Shown here piece by piece: positions 20,966 through 30,253 of a stretch of DNA of 64,000 nucleotides. The position numbers and the translations under genes were made by a program. The stretch is from an uncultured Gemmatimonadales bacterium (GTDB lineage: Bacteria; Gemmatimonadota; Gemmatimonadetes; Gemmatimonadales; GWC2-71-9). Location of the stretch: the NCBI GenBank assembly GCA_963779755.1, contig CAVZZO010000003.1, positions 512,001-576,000 of the forward strand, read 5' to 3'. The notes under the pieces are model-generated. The model ran no database searches. It was not told the origin of the DNA and was given only the letters and a program-made list of their open reading frames with translations. How positions within the stretch are numbered: position 1 is the stretch's first letter; each line of letters begins with the position of its first letter.

Positions 20966-23203
20966 ATGTGGCGCGCTGCCTGTTTCACGGCCGCCCTGGC
21001 GCTGGCGGCGGGAAGCCTGTCCGCCCAGGGCAGGATTGACGAGGTCCGGCGTCCGATCGCGGTAGCCCTGCCGCGGCCGGCCATTGTGCGCACCGCCTCG
21101 ACCGTGCGGGTCACGGTGGACGGGAGAATCGCGAAGGTGCGCGTCGAAGAGCAGTTCCGCAATGTAGGAGGCAGGATGGCGGAAGGCACCTACCTCTACC
21201 CGCTCCCGGGGGAGGCGGTGTTTTCCAATTTCTCGCTCCGCATCGGCGATCAGGACATTCGCGGCGAGATGATGCGGGCGGACGAAGCCCGGGCGGTCTA
21301 CGAGGACATCGTCCGCCGCATGCGCGACCCGGCCCTGCTGACGCTCGAAGGTCACGGCCTCATTCGCGCGCGGGTGTTCCCCATTCCGCCGGGCGAGACC
21401 CGCCAGGTGGTGCTGGAGTACACCCAGCTGCTGGCCCGTGAGGGCGACGCCCTCCGGTTCCGCTATGCCATCGGCGATCGCGGCGTCCGGCAGGCCCGGG
21501 GCGATCGGGTCGTGGATGCCGGCGGCAGCTTCGCGTTACAGGTGTTCCTGCCCGACTCGCTCGGCATCGAGACCCCCTACTCGCCGACCCACACCATCCG
21601 CACCCGACATGAGCACGGCCGGACGGTCGTCACGCTGGATCCCGAAGCCTCGGGGGATGTGGAGCTGTTTCTCCCGCTCAGCAAGGGACTGGTCGGCACC
21701 AGTCTGGTCACCCACGCCGATGCCGGCGAGCGCGGCTATTTCATGCTGCTCATTGCGCCGCCCGCCGCTGCCGCCGGCCGGCAGGTGGCCCGGGACCTGA
21801 CCCTGGTGGTGGACGTCTCCGGATCCATGTCCGGCACCAAACTGGAGCAAGCCCGCACCGCACTTCTGCAGGCGCTGGGGACACTGCGCCAGGGCGATCG
21901 CTTCCAGCTCATCGCCTTCTCCGGCGACGTGCGCCGGTTCCGCGCCGGCTATACCGCCGCCACGCCGGAGGCGCTGGCCGCGGCCCGCGAGTTCGTCACC
22001 GCGCTCGAGGCGGGCGGCGGCACCAACATCGCCGGTGCGCTCGATGCCGCCCTCGCGGCCACTCCCGACCCGGACCATCTGCCGCTGGTGGTGTTTCTCA
22101 CCGACGGGCTCCCCAGTGTCGGCGAGCGCGCGCCGGACCGGATTGCCGATGCGGCCGGCGCCAGAATCGGCGCGCAGCGGATCTTCACCGTGGGGGTGGG
22201 CCAGGACGTGAACACCTATCTGCTCGATCGCCTGGCCCGCGAAGGCCGCGGCTCGGCGGAGTACATACCGCCGGGAGGCGATGTGGAGGTGGCCGTCGGC
22301 AGCCTGATGGGCAAGATCCAGCATCCGGCGCTGGTGAATCTCCACATCGTGCGAAGCCCGGTCCGGTTCACGCAGCCCTACCCCGCCACGCTGCCCGATC
22401 TCTTCTATGGCGAGGAGCTGGTGGTGTTCGGGCGGTATCATGGCAGCGGGTCGGGGGACGTGGTGGTGGAGGGCGAGCGGAACGGCCGGACCGAGCGCTT
22501 CCGGGTGAGCGCGAAATTCCCCGAAACGGAAACCGGCAGCGAGTTCATCCCCCGGCTCTGGGCCAGCCGGCGGATCGGCGATCTTACCCGGCAGGCGCGG
22601 CTGGAAGGCGCCTCGCCCGCGATCGTCTCGGAGATCCGCGAGCTGGGGCTGCGCTACGGCATCATGACCGAATACACCAGCTACCTGGTGCTGGAGCCGG
22701 GCGCGCGGCGGGATGAGGCGGCGACCTTCATCGACGGCATCCCGGCGACCCCAGGTACCCGCAGCAACGCGTTCGCGGCGGCACCCGCGGCCCAGACCGG
22801 CGCCGTGGCATTCGAGCGAGCCCAGGCCAGTTCCAGGCTGGTCGCCACCAAGAGCCTGGACCAGGCGGATGAGGCCGCCAGGGATCGCATGCATGTCCTC
22901 ACGATCCGCGACGGCAATGCCCAGCCGGTACGCCGCGTCGGTGGCCGGATCTTTGCGCTGCGAGACAGCGTCTGGACGGATCTGGCGCACCAGGATAGCG
23001 TGCGGATAGTCGAGATCTCCCCTTTCAGCGATGCCTACTTCAGGGCGGTGCGCGCCATGCCCGAGCTGACCCCCTTCCTGGCGGCAGGCGACCGGGTCCT
23101 GATTGCCGGCCGGCGGGTGAGTATCCGGATTACACCGGGGGCGAAAGACTCATTCTCCGCCGGGGAGCTGCAGAACCTGGTGCGCGACTTCCGGGGGCAA
23201 TGA
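20966..23203 (+). CDS. Secreted VIT and vWA domain protein
   Basis: Signal peptide; VIT (EEQFRN..EGTYLYPLP); MIDAS DVSGSM, GGTNI, FLTDG; LWASRRI..YTSYLVLE. Confidence 0.92.
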   Translation: MWRAACFTAALALAAGSLSAQGRIDEVRRPIAVALPRPAIVRTASTVRVTVDGRIAKVRVEEQFRNVGGRMAEGTYLYPLPGEAVFSNFSLRIGDQDIRGEMMRADEARAVYEDIVRRMRDPALLTLEGHGLIRARVFPIPPGETRQVVLEYTQLLAREGDALRFRYAIGDRGVRQARGDRVVDAGGSFALQVFLPDSLGIETPYSPTHTIRTRHEHGRTVVTLDPEASGDVELFLPLSKGLVGTSLVTHADAGERGYFMLLIAPPAAAAGRQVARDLTLVVDVSGSMSGTKLEQARTALLQALGTLRQGDRFQLIAFSGDVRRFRAGYTAATPEALAAAREFVTALEAGGGTNIAGALDAALAATPDPDHLPLVVFLTDGLPSVGERAPDRIADAAGARIGAQRIFTVGVGQDVNTYLLDRLAREGRGSAEYIPPGGDVEVAVGSLMGKIQHPALVNLHIVRSPVRFTQPYPATLPDLFYGEELVVFGRYHGSGSGDVVVEGERNGRTERFRVSAKFPETETGSEFIPRLWASRRIGDLTRQARLEGASPAIVSEIRELGLRYGIMTEYTSYLVLEPGARRDEAATFIDGIPATPGTRSNAFAAAPAAQTGAVAFERAQASSRLVATKSLDQADEAARDRMHVLTIRDGNAQPVRRVGGRIFALRDSVWTDLAHQDSVRIVEISPFSDAYFRAVRAMPELTPFLAAGDRVLIAGRRVSIRITPGAKDSFSAGELQNLVRDFRGQ

Positions 23204-23697
23204 CCACATCGCTGGATACCTTGTATCGCGAATATCACGCGTCGCTCGTCCGCATGATCTACCGCCGGACGGGCGATGCGGATCGCGCAGAGGACCTGGC
23301 GCAGGAGGTGTTTGCCCGCGCCGCCGCCGCCCCGCCGCACAACCCGCGCCCCTGGCTCTTTGCGGTGGCGCTCAACCTGGTGCGGGAAGACGGCCGACGT
23401 TCGGTGCGGCAGGGCCGCCGGCTGCAGCTGCTCAAGGCGGAGCTGCCGCAGTCCACCCCGGCGCCGGATCAGGAATTCGATCGCAACGAAAAGACCGCCG
23501 CGGTGCGCGCGGCCCTGGCCCAGCTGACGGAGCGGGATCGCGAGGCGTTGCTGCTCAAGGCCGAAGGATTCAACTACGACGAAATCGCCGCCACACTGGG
23601 GCTGGCGAAAGGTGCGGTGGGCACCACCCTGGCGCGGGCGCGCCGGCGGCTGGTGGAAGCCTTCCGCGCGGGAGCGAAGGACCATGCAGCATCTTGA
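23200..23697 (+). CDS. ECF sigma-70 factor
   Basis: AEDLAQEVF, WLFAVALN, YDEIAATLGL..VGTTLARARRRL. Confidence 0.93.
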   Translation: MTTSLDTLYREYHASLVRMIYRRTGDADRAEDLAQEVFARAAAAPPHNPRPWLFAVALNLVREDGRRSVRQGRRLQLLKAELPQSTPAPDQEFDRNEKTAAVRAALAQLTERDREALLLKAEGFNYDEIAATLGLAKGAVGTTLARARRRLVEAFRAGAKDHAAS

Positions 23698-24829
23698 CGA
23701 CGGCGTGCTCAACGCCCTGCTCGACGGCGAGCTGACCGGCGCGGAACGCGCCGAAGCCGACCGGCACCTCGAATCCTGCCAGGAATGCCGCGACCGACTG
23801 GCGGAAGCGCGGGCGTTCATGGCGGAGGCCGATGGGCTGGTGGAGGCGCTGGAAGCGCCTCCAGCCAGGGAGAAACGGGAAACGGGAATGGGGAAGGATC
23901 GAGACCCCGGAATTCGTCCCAGGCGGATGGACTACCGTGCTCTGGCCTGGGCAGCCACCGTGGTGCTGGCCCTGGGGCTCGGCTATGTGGGCGGCGCGCG
24001 TCTGCACCTGCCCGTCTCCCCGGAAGAACAGCAGGCCCTGGAGCAGCCCCGGCGGCAGGCGGCCGATCGCGCCGTCACTCCGGAGCACCGCGAGGCAGTT
24101 CCGCCCGCGGCGCCCCAGCCGACGACCGAAAAGGGAGCAAAACAGTCGGCCGTCGAGGTCCCCTCACCCACGCCCACGGCGGAAGTACCCGCGACCGCGG
24201 AGCCGGGGCAGCCCACTCAAGGGAAAACCGCGGAAGGTGCTCCGCGGGGAGACCTCGCGGTCAGCCCCGAGTCTCCCGCCGAGACCATCCTCAGTATCGA
24301 GAAAGGCCGCCGCGACGAGTCGGCCGCCTACATCGATGGCGTTCCCACCAGCGCGGAATACCGGGGCAACGCCTTCGCTCCCGCGCCGTCCGCGGCCGCA
24401 CGGGTACTGGCGCCCCGGGACCAGCTGGCCGGTGCCGCCCCCAGCGACGGAGGGCAGTTCCGGCGCATCACCTGGGATACCGCGATCACCGTGCTGGGCG
24501 GTGCGGTTCGGCTGATCGATGGCCTGACGCCGAACGAACTGGGCATGGCGGACGGCGGTGCCGTGGGGGGGTTTGAAACCGGCCGCCCGGTGGTGCGTAT
24601 CAGGTACCTGTTCGGGGGGCGGGATACCCTCGATCTGCTCGAACAGCGGCTTTCCGCAGTGCGGCAAGAACGCAAGACAGCCATGGATTCTGCGATGGTG
24701 CTGGCCGAGAGGGCCCTCCCGGGCGGGGGCTCGGAAGTCCGCTGGCGGGCACCGGGGGGCTTCCTACTCGTGCTACGGTCTGCACTTACGGCCGAAAGGC
24801 TGGCGGAGCTGGCCGCCCGGGTCAGGTAA
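23684..24829 (+). CDS. Zinc-finger (ZAS) anti-sigma factor with TM helix and periplasmic domain
   Basis: HLESCQEC (HxxxCxxC); TM LAWAATVVLALGLGY; overlaps the sigma factor stop. Confidence 0.88.
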   Translation: MQHLDDGVLNALLDGELTGAERAEADRHLESCQECRDRLAEARAFMAEADGLVEALEAPPAREKRETGMGKDRDPGIRPRRMDYRALAWAATVVLALGLGYVGGARLHLPVSPEEQQALEQPRRQAADRAVTPEHREAVPPAAPQPTTEKGAKQSAVEVPSPTPTAEVPATAEPGQPTQGKTAEGAPRGDLAVSPESPAETILSIEKGRRDESAAYIDGVPTSAEYRGNAFAPAPSAAARVLAPRDQLAGAAPSDGGQFRRITWDTAITVLGGAVRLIDGLTPNELGMADGGAVGGFETGRPVVRIRYLFGGRDTLDLLEQRLSAVRQERKTAMDSAMVLAERALPGGGSEVRWRAPGGFLLVLRSALTAERLAELAARVR

Positions 24830-24838
24830 GTCACGCTG

Positions 24839-24854
24839 TGGCGCGGTTTTCGCA
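24839..24854 (+). promoter_or_regulatory. Possible sigma-54 promoter
   Basis: TGGCGCG-GTTT-TCGCA (GG-N10-GC); near-match TGGCACG-TCGA-TTGGA at 24906. Confidence 0.35.
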
Positions 24855-25124
24855 GAGCAGGATTCACGTCGGATTTATCGAATTCTCATGCAGTCCACGT
24901 TACATTGGCACGTCGATTGGAGTAGTGAAAGGGCTGGAGCGATGGGCACCGTTGCAATGCGCAAGAAACGAATTTCTCCCTCGTTTTTTCGCGGGCCGGT
25001 GATATATTGTCCCTCGCTTTCTGGCAGGCCGTGTTTCTGACGCGGCCTTCTTTGTAGGGGTTGCAGGGGCCCCCGCGTGGGGGCGGGCAGTTCAAACACC
25101 ACCTTGACGCTGGAGGCAGTTGGT

Positions 25125-25703
25125 ATGAAGCGCATCATGACGGCGGTTGCTGCTCTGGCCCTCGTCTCACTGGCTGGCGCCGGCGCGCTTAACGCGCAGA
25201 CCCGGGCGAGCTTTTTCGTGAGCGGCGGCCTCACCAATCCTCTCGGGACCTTCAACGACATCGCGAAGCTCGGGTGGAACGGCCAGGCAGGCGTGCAGTT
25301 CGCCATGCCGAGCTGGCCGGTCGCCATTCGGGTGGACGGCATGTACGGCCAGAACACCACGGACAGCGCCGTACTTCCGGCCGGCGTGACCGGCAAAACC
25401 AAGATTTTCGCTGGCACGGGCAACTTGGTCTACCAGTTCAAGACCGCCAGCAACATCAAGCCCTACATCCTGGGCGGCGGCGGCGTGGCCAATGTGAAGG
25501 GTGAGGCGACCAGCGGCGGAACCACCTCCTCGGCCTCCGAGACCAAGGCGCTGATCAACGGCGGCCTCGGCATCAAGAGCGCCATGAGCGCGGTGGATAT
25601 CGGCGTCGAGGGTCGCATCTTCGACGTCTTCACCAGTGGCAACAGCACCACCTTCATCACCGTGAACCTGGTGGTCGGGTTCGGCGGCAAGGGCGGGATG
25701 TAA
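25125..25703 (+). CDS. Outer-membrane beta-barrel protein (OmpA/OmpW-like small barrel)
   Basis: GGAGG RBS, signal peptide, IRVDGMY, KPYILGGGG. Confidence 0.85.
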   Translation: MKRIMTAVAALALVSLAGAGALNAQTRASFFVSGGLTNPLGTFNDIAKLGWNGQAGVQFAMPSWPVAIRVDGMYGQNTTDSAVLPAGVTGKTKIFAGTGNLVYQFKTASNIKPYILGGGGVANVKGEATSGGTTSSASETKALINGGLGIKSAMSAVDIGVEGRIFDVFTSGNSTTFITVNLVVGFGGKGGM

Positions 25704-25719
25704 GTTCCGCTCCTCCGGG

Positions 25720-25760
25720 AACAGAACAGCCCCGCTTTCGCGGGGCTGTTCTGTTTTTTT
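25720..25760 (+). terminator. Rho-independent terminator
   Basis: AACAGAACAGCCCCGC-TTTC-GCGGGGCTGTTCTGTT followed by a T run. Confidence 0.92.
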
Positions 25761-25777
25761 AGCTGCCGGCGATGCCC

Positions 25778-26374
25778 TCAGAACCGGGCGCCCGGCCCCG
25801 AGGGCGGCGGGATATCACGGGTCGGCTCCGGCGGCTCGATGATGATGGGTACCGACGGCAGGGGCGGCAGCGTAGACTGGCCCGGCCGGCACACCGGGCG
25901 CTGCTCCACCACCAGCACCGAGTCGTTCCGGCGGGCCATACGCCCCTTCTGGCTCAGATGAACCGTCCGGGTGCCGATGGGAGTATAAATCACGGCCTGT
26001 CCGGAGAGGACATAGGGCAGATGGGGCGGCTCGGAGTCGGGCAGGCTCCGCAGGGTCGCCATGCGGAGCGCGAGCCGGGTGGAATCGCGCATGCCGAGGG
26101 TGAACTGGTCCTTGAAGACGCCGCTGGCCACCGAATCGCCCGCCAGCACCAGGGCGATGGTCAGATCGCTCCCCTGGATGCTGAAGTCGTTCCGGTTGCA
26201 ACTGGTGATGATGAGCCCCAGGGTGGGATGCTCCCCATTCCAGTCGGGGAGGGCCACCTCCGAGAGCAGAAACGTGGGATCGTCATAGAGCCAGCCCCCG
26301 AGCGGGGTACACCCCGGCAGGAAGAGCAGTAACAGGAGGCCCACATCCGCGGCCCGGCGCCTGGTAGCGGTCAC
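25778..26374 (-). CDS. LEA type 2 family lipoprotein
   Basis: Lipobox LPGC; CNRNDFSI (NPN-like) motif; YTPIG. Confidence 0.65.
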   Translation of the reverse strand: MTATRRRAADVGLLLLLFLPGCTPLGGWLYDDPTFLLSEVALPDWNGEHPTLGLIITSCNRNDFSIQGSDLTIALVLAGDSVASGVFKDQFTLGMRDSTRLALRMATLRSLPDSEPPHLPYVLSGQAVIYTPIGTRTVHLSQKGRMARRNDSVLVVEQRPVCRPGQSTLPPLPSVPIIIEPPEPTRDIPPPSGPGARF

Positions 26375-26627
26375 CCGGAGACTTTCGCAATGAGATCAGG
26401 GTTCGTGTCGCGGCGGCCTGTCGCAGCACGATCGAGGGCCAGACCATGGGGAGACGAGCCAAGGTTCGCCTACCGCACAGCCCACCGGCAGCGCAATGTA
26501 GCGCAGGACAGCCATTTACGGCATGGCCGAGGCGGGCGGGCGCGGGCGGGCGGGTGTCGCAATTCTGGTACACAATGTCGTAAAGGGGGACTTCAGCCGG
26601 GAGAGGAAAACGCCGAGTATAAGAGGG

Positions 26628-27977
26628 TCAGTCCAGTCCCGCCCCATACTCGGAGGTGTCCTCATGCTGCGCGCTCGCCCGCTGGTTGCTCTGCTCCTGG
26701 TCCTGTTGGCACTCGGGTCCTCGGCCTGCGCCGATGCGACCGGTCCCCGGCCCGACAATCAGCCCTGCACCGAAGGACAGGGAACCGCGGGCAGAACCTG
26801 CCAGTAGCACCTGGACATCGAGATCCACCGCGCACGCCCGCTCGTCTTCTGGCGCGGGCGGCGCGGGCGGTCCATTCGCTATTTCCTGCTCGAGCCGGAT
26901 GATCCAGGCGCCGAGCTCATGGGCTTCAGCAATCTGTATGGCGATGTTCCATTCAGCCTTCGCCTTCTCGTGGTCTCCGAATCGCCAGCACGCCAGCCCC
27001 AAACGATAGTGATAATCGGCGGCCATCGCGGGAGGCATCCGGTCCTCCCGGCCTTCGAGATTTCTGACCGCTCGATAGTATCCCAGGATATCTCCAGTGG
27101 TACTGCAGACGTCGAGCAACTCGATGGCTGCGTTGGTCTGGTCTCCCCAATCCGAGGACTCGCGCTGTACTCGGCGCAAAGCCACTGAAGCGCCACCCGT
27201 GCACCCCAGAGCACGAAGCATTCCGGCAAGGTTCCCCAGGGACCTCAACTCCTCGTCTTCGTTGGGGGCCAGACGGACGGCCTCCCAGTAGCTGATGGCC
27301 GCGTCAACCGGCCGGCCCCGGTTCTCGAGAATAGTGCCAAGATCGTTCACAGCTGCAGCCTGCAGGTCCGTAAAGGAATGTTCCCTGGCCTCGACGAGCC
27401 CCTCCTGCGCCAGTCGCATGGCCTCTGGGAGGTTGCCCCGGTACCGCAGCAGCATCACTCGCCCCAGCTTGGCCCTGATGGCTATCCACGGATCCGCACT
27501 GACCCGCGCCAGCTCCTCCACCTCCGCCCAGGCGGCGGCGGCTTCGGACCAGCGCGCTGCCTTGCGGTAGAGGCGGGCGCGCAGCAGATGGATCTGCACC
27601 AGCGCCCTGGCCGGAAGGCTCGAGCCGGCCCACCGCAATGCCGTGGCCGCCACGAGAAGCGCCGACGCTTCCTCGCCCCAGTGCTCCAGGGCGACGGCAT
27701 AGGCGGTGAGAGCGCGGGCGCTCTCGCAGGCATCGTCCTGGCGGGCGGCAACCGTCAGGGCGTGCAAATAGGGAATGTCGGGGTCGGACTCGGGAGCCGC
27801 GGCCAGCTCCTGGGCCAGCTCCTCGAGGGCGGCGAGGTCCCCCGGCGGGTTCCAGAGGAGCCGAAGCGCCAGGCAGGAAAGCGTCGCCCCCTGGGTCGGG
27901 GTTCGCTGCAGGCGCTCGAGCAGGGGAGCAATATCCTGCAGCGTCGGCCGCTCCGTCGCGGCGTGGCCGCCGGTCAT
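26628..27977 (-). CDS. Tetratricopeptide-repeat (all-helical) protein
   Basis: Repeated TPR-like units (LARLYRKAARWSEA, GNLPEA, NDLGTILENRGRPVDA, GNLAGMLRALG, YRLGLACWRFGDHEKA); no signal peptide. Confidence 0.8.
   Translation of the reverse strand: MTGGHAATERPTLQDIAPLLERLQRTPTQGATLSCLALRLLWNPPGDLAALEELAQELAAAPESDPDIPYLHALTVAARQDDACESARALTAYAVALEHWGEEASALLVAATALRWAGSSLPARALVQIHLLRARLYRKAARWSEAAAAWAEVEELARVSADPWIAIRAKLGRVMLLRYRGNLPEAMRLAQEGLVEAREHSFTDLQAAAVNDLGTILENRGRPVDAAISYWEAVRLAPNEDEELRSLGNLAGMLRALGCTGGASVALRRVQRESSDWGDQTNAAIELLDVCSTTGDILGYYRAVRNLEGREDRMPPAMAADYHYRLGLACWRFGDHEKAKAEWNIAIQIAEAHELGAWIIRLEQEIANGPPAPPAPEDERACAVDLDVQVLLAGSARGSLSFGAGLIVGPGTGRIGAGRGPECQQDQEQSNQRASAQHEDTSEYGAGLD
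26664..26807 (+). CDS. 47-aa lipo-prepeptide with C-terminal Cys pair
   Basis: GGAGGT RBS at 26652; MLRARPLVALLLVLLALGSSA-CADATGPRPDNQPCTEGQGTAGRTCQ. Confidence 0.75.
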   Translation: MLRARPLVALLLVLLALGSSACADATGPRPDNQPCTEGQGTAGRTCQ

Positions 27978-28243
27978 GCAGGCCGGCTGCCGCGTATGAA
28001 GACTGGGGCCGGCGGAGGGACCATGGCGCAATCTCCCGAATCAGGAAGCGCGTACCCAGGCAAGGCGGGCACGGCAGTCGCCTATGGAGTTAACCTCTGA
28101 ATTGGGGACGCGCCAGACCCTCCCCCCAAACGATGCACCCGCACGATTCCCGATCGCAAGCCGTCCGGGAGATCCTCCGGCCCTTCGCCGTTTGGGCGAC
28201 GAGAACGAAGATCTCCCGGACGCCCGCTACGCCTGCCGGCGGC

Positions 28244-28834
28244 TCAACTCCCCACTCGGACAGTGAAGTTCCCGTGGTCCAGCGGCAGGGGCTGCAGGTC
28301 TGCCCCGGAAGGGATGGTCCCCTGTTCACAGAAGTCCCGCCCCACCTGCGGATCTGCGTTCCGGAAGGCCAGCAGCTGGGTCGAAACGTCAGGGTCGGCG
28401 CTTGCCCCCGGACCGTTGTCGAACAACTCCATGGCAAAGGCCGTGTTTTCCATGAACGAAGAGCCGGCAGGTTTCACCTCCGAGACGAGCCCGGAGATCC
28501 TGGCCGAGTGGCCATCGGTTTCGATCGTGAGGCAATCAATCGGCCCGTGCAGGATGGTCGCGCCCACCACGATCTGCCATTGGCCGCTCACGCTGCCATC
28601 GGCCTGCTTGACGGCGGAGAAGCCAAAGGTACGCAACCCGAGACCGGGCGGAACGGGCGGCGGGAAGTATGTAATGTGCGCGCTGCCCGTCGCCGAGCCC
28701 GCCACCCCGGCGGCCCCCAGCGAGTTCACCGGCCGGCCGCCCAGGGCCGCATCCGGTGAGGCAGGGCCGAGCCGGTCGGATTGGCAGGCGGCAATCAGGA
28801 TCAGCAGCAATCCGGCGATTCCGATGTGCTTCAT
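28244..28834 (-). CDS. Hypothetical lipoprotein
   Basis: Lipobox LIAAC; beta-rich body; divergent from the AraC gene. Confidence 0.75.
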   Translation of the reverse strand: MKHIGIAGLLLILIAACQSDRLGPASPDAALGGRPVNSLGAAGVAGSATGSAHITYFPPPVPPGLGLRTFGFSAVKQADGSVSGQWQIVVGATILHGPIDCLTIETDGHSARISGLVSEVKPAGSSFMENTAFAMELFDNGPGASADPDVSTQLLAFRNADPQVGRDFCEQGTIPSGADLQPLPLDHGNFTVRVGS

Positions 28835-28966
28835 GGCGCTCGCTCCCGCGTCTGGTAGGAAGGCCGGGCCGGCAGCGGCCCGTCATGCTTCCTGCCACGG
28901 TACCTGGCTGACGGCGGGGCTCGCTACCAGAATCTTGCTCTGCCCGGGAAAGGTGGAGGCCGGACC

Positions 28967-29887
28967 ATGAAGCCGCTGGACTGCTATCCCACACCGCTCG
29001 ACCGGGTCCTCCTGGCCACGGACCTGGTGCGTATCGGCGCGTTCCGCGCGCCGGTGGACCACCCGCTGTTCCCCGACTCCGGCCCGATCTCCGATCCCGT
29101 CTTCGTGTTTCCCCGCACCAGTGTGGAGATCCGGCATGAAGGGGAGCGCTGGTTCACGGCCGACCCCTGCACCGTCACCTACTACAATCCGGGCCAGCGG
29201 TATACCAGGCGGGCCCTGGATCCCAGGGGCGATGCCTGTGACTGGTTCGGTCTCCGGCCGGATGCACTCATGGAGGCGCTGGCCTGCGCCGATCCCGCGG
29301 TGGCAGAGCGGCCCGACCGGCCGTTCACCTTCAGCCACAGCCCCTCCGATTCTCAGACGTATGCCCTGCAGCGGCTCATCGTACGGCACCTGCGTGAGGC
29401 GCCGGTTCCCGACCCTCTGGTAGTGGAGGAAGCGACCTTGCACGTGCTCGCCAGGCTGCTGGAATTGTTACCGCTGGTCTGGCGGGTCAGCGGCCAGGCG
29501 CCAGCGAGGCGAGGGGAAGGTTCTCTGGCGCGCGGCGTCCGGACGCATCTGTTGCGGCACCTGGGGGAGACCATGTCGCTGGAGGAGATTGCGGGGGCGG
29601 TGGGATGTTCGGTGTTTCACCTCTGCCGCGTCTTCCGCCGGGAGACGGGAACCACCGTCCACCGGTATCGCCAGCAGCTGCGGCTGCGCCGCTCGCTCGA
29701 GCTGGTAGCGCAGGGGCGGGCGGACCTGAGCCGGGTGGCATTCGAGCTGGGGTTCTCCAGCCATAGCCACTTCTCTTCGGCCTTCGCCGGGACCTTCTCC
29801 ATGACGCCGTCGGAGTTCAGGCGGCAGGCCAGCTCCCGCCGTATTCGGGAGCTGGCTTCGCAACTGGAATTGCCGGTGGCGGGCTAG
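28967..29887 (+). CDS. AraC family transcriptional regulator
   Basis: SLEEIAGAVGCSVFHLCRVF; VAFELGFSSHSHFSSAF..TPSEFR. Confidence 0.94.
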   Translation: MKPLDCYPTPLDRVLLATDLVRIGAFRAPVDHPLFPDSGPISDPVFVFPRTSVEIRHEGERWFTADPCTVTYYNPGQRYTRRALDPRGDACDWFGLRPDALMEALACADPAVAERPDRPFTFSHSPSDSQTYALQRLIVRHLREAPVPDPLVVEEATLHVLARLLELLPLVWRVSGQAPARRGEGSLARGVRTHLLRHLGETMSLEEIAGAVGCSVFHLCRVFRRETGTTVHRYRQQLRLRRSLELVAQGRADLSRVAFELGFSSHSHFSSAFAGTFSMTPSEFRRQASSRRIRELASQLELPVAG

Positions 29888-29930
29888 AGCCGGAGGCGCA
29901 GAATGGAAGAGCCGGTCTGACAGACCGGAC

Positions 29931-30185
29931 TCAGGCGCGGGAGGATCCCCAGCCGGGTTCCTGCTGGGGCAGCAAGCGCCAGATGAAGCGTTCGCGGAGA
30001 TCTTCCGGGGTATCCGTAGGCTTGCCCAGCCCGGGGAGCACCCACTGCCGCCCCTCGCCCGTCACCACCCATTGCAGCTCAAATCGAGTGGCCAGCCCGC
30101 GCCAGGACCCGGCCCGCCACAATTCGGCGCGATAGGAACGTCCCGCGAGCTGGAAGGTCATGGCTGCGAGAACGGCGTCGTGCAC
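29931..30185 (-). CDS. Small hypothetical protein
   Basis: AGAGGT upstream of a GTG start; globular-looking 84-aa product filling the gap. Confidence 0.5.
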   Translation of the reverse strand: MHDAVLAAMTFQLAGRSYRAELWRAGSWRGLATRFELQWVVTGEGRQWVLPGLGKPTDTPEDLRERFIWRLLPQQEPGWGSSRA

Positions 30186-30253
30186 CTTCGTAACCTCTAT
30201 GAAAAACGATTGCGGAATTTGCGGCCCCCGCCGGCCCGGGGAGGTGATCCAGA

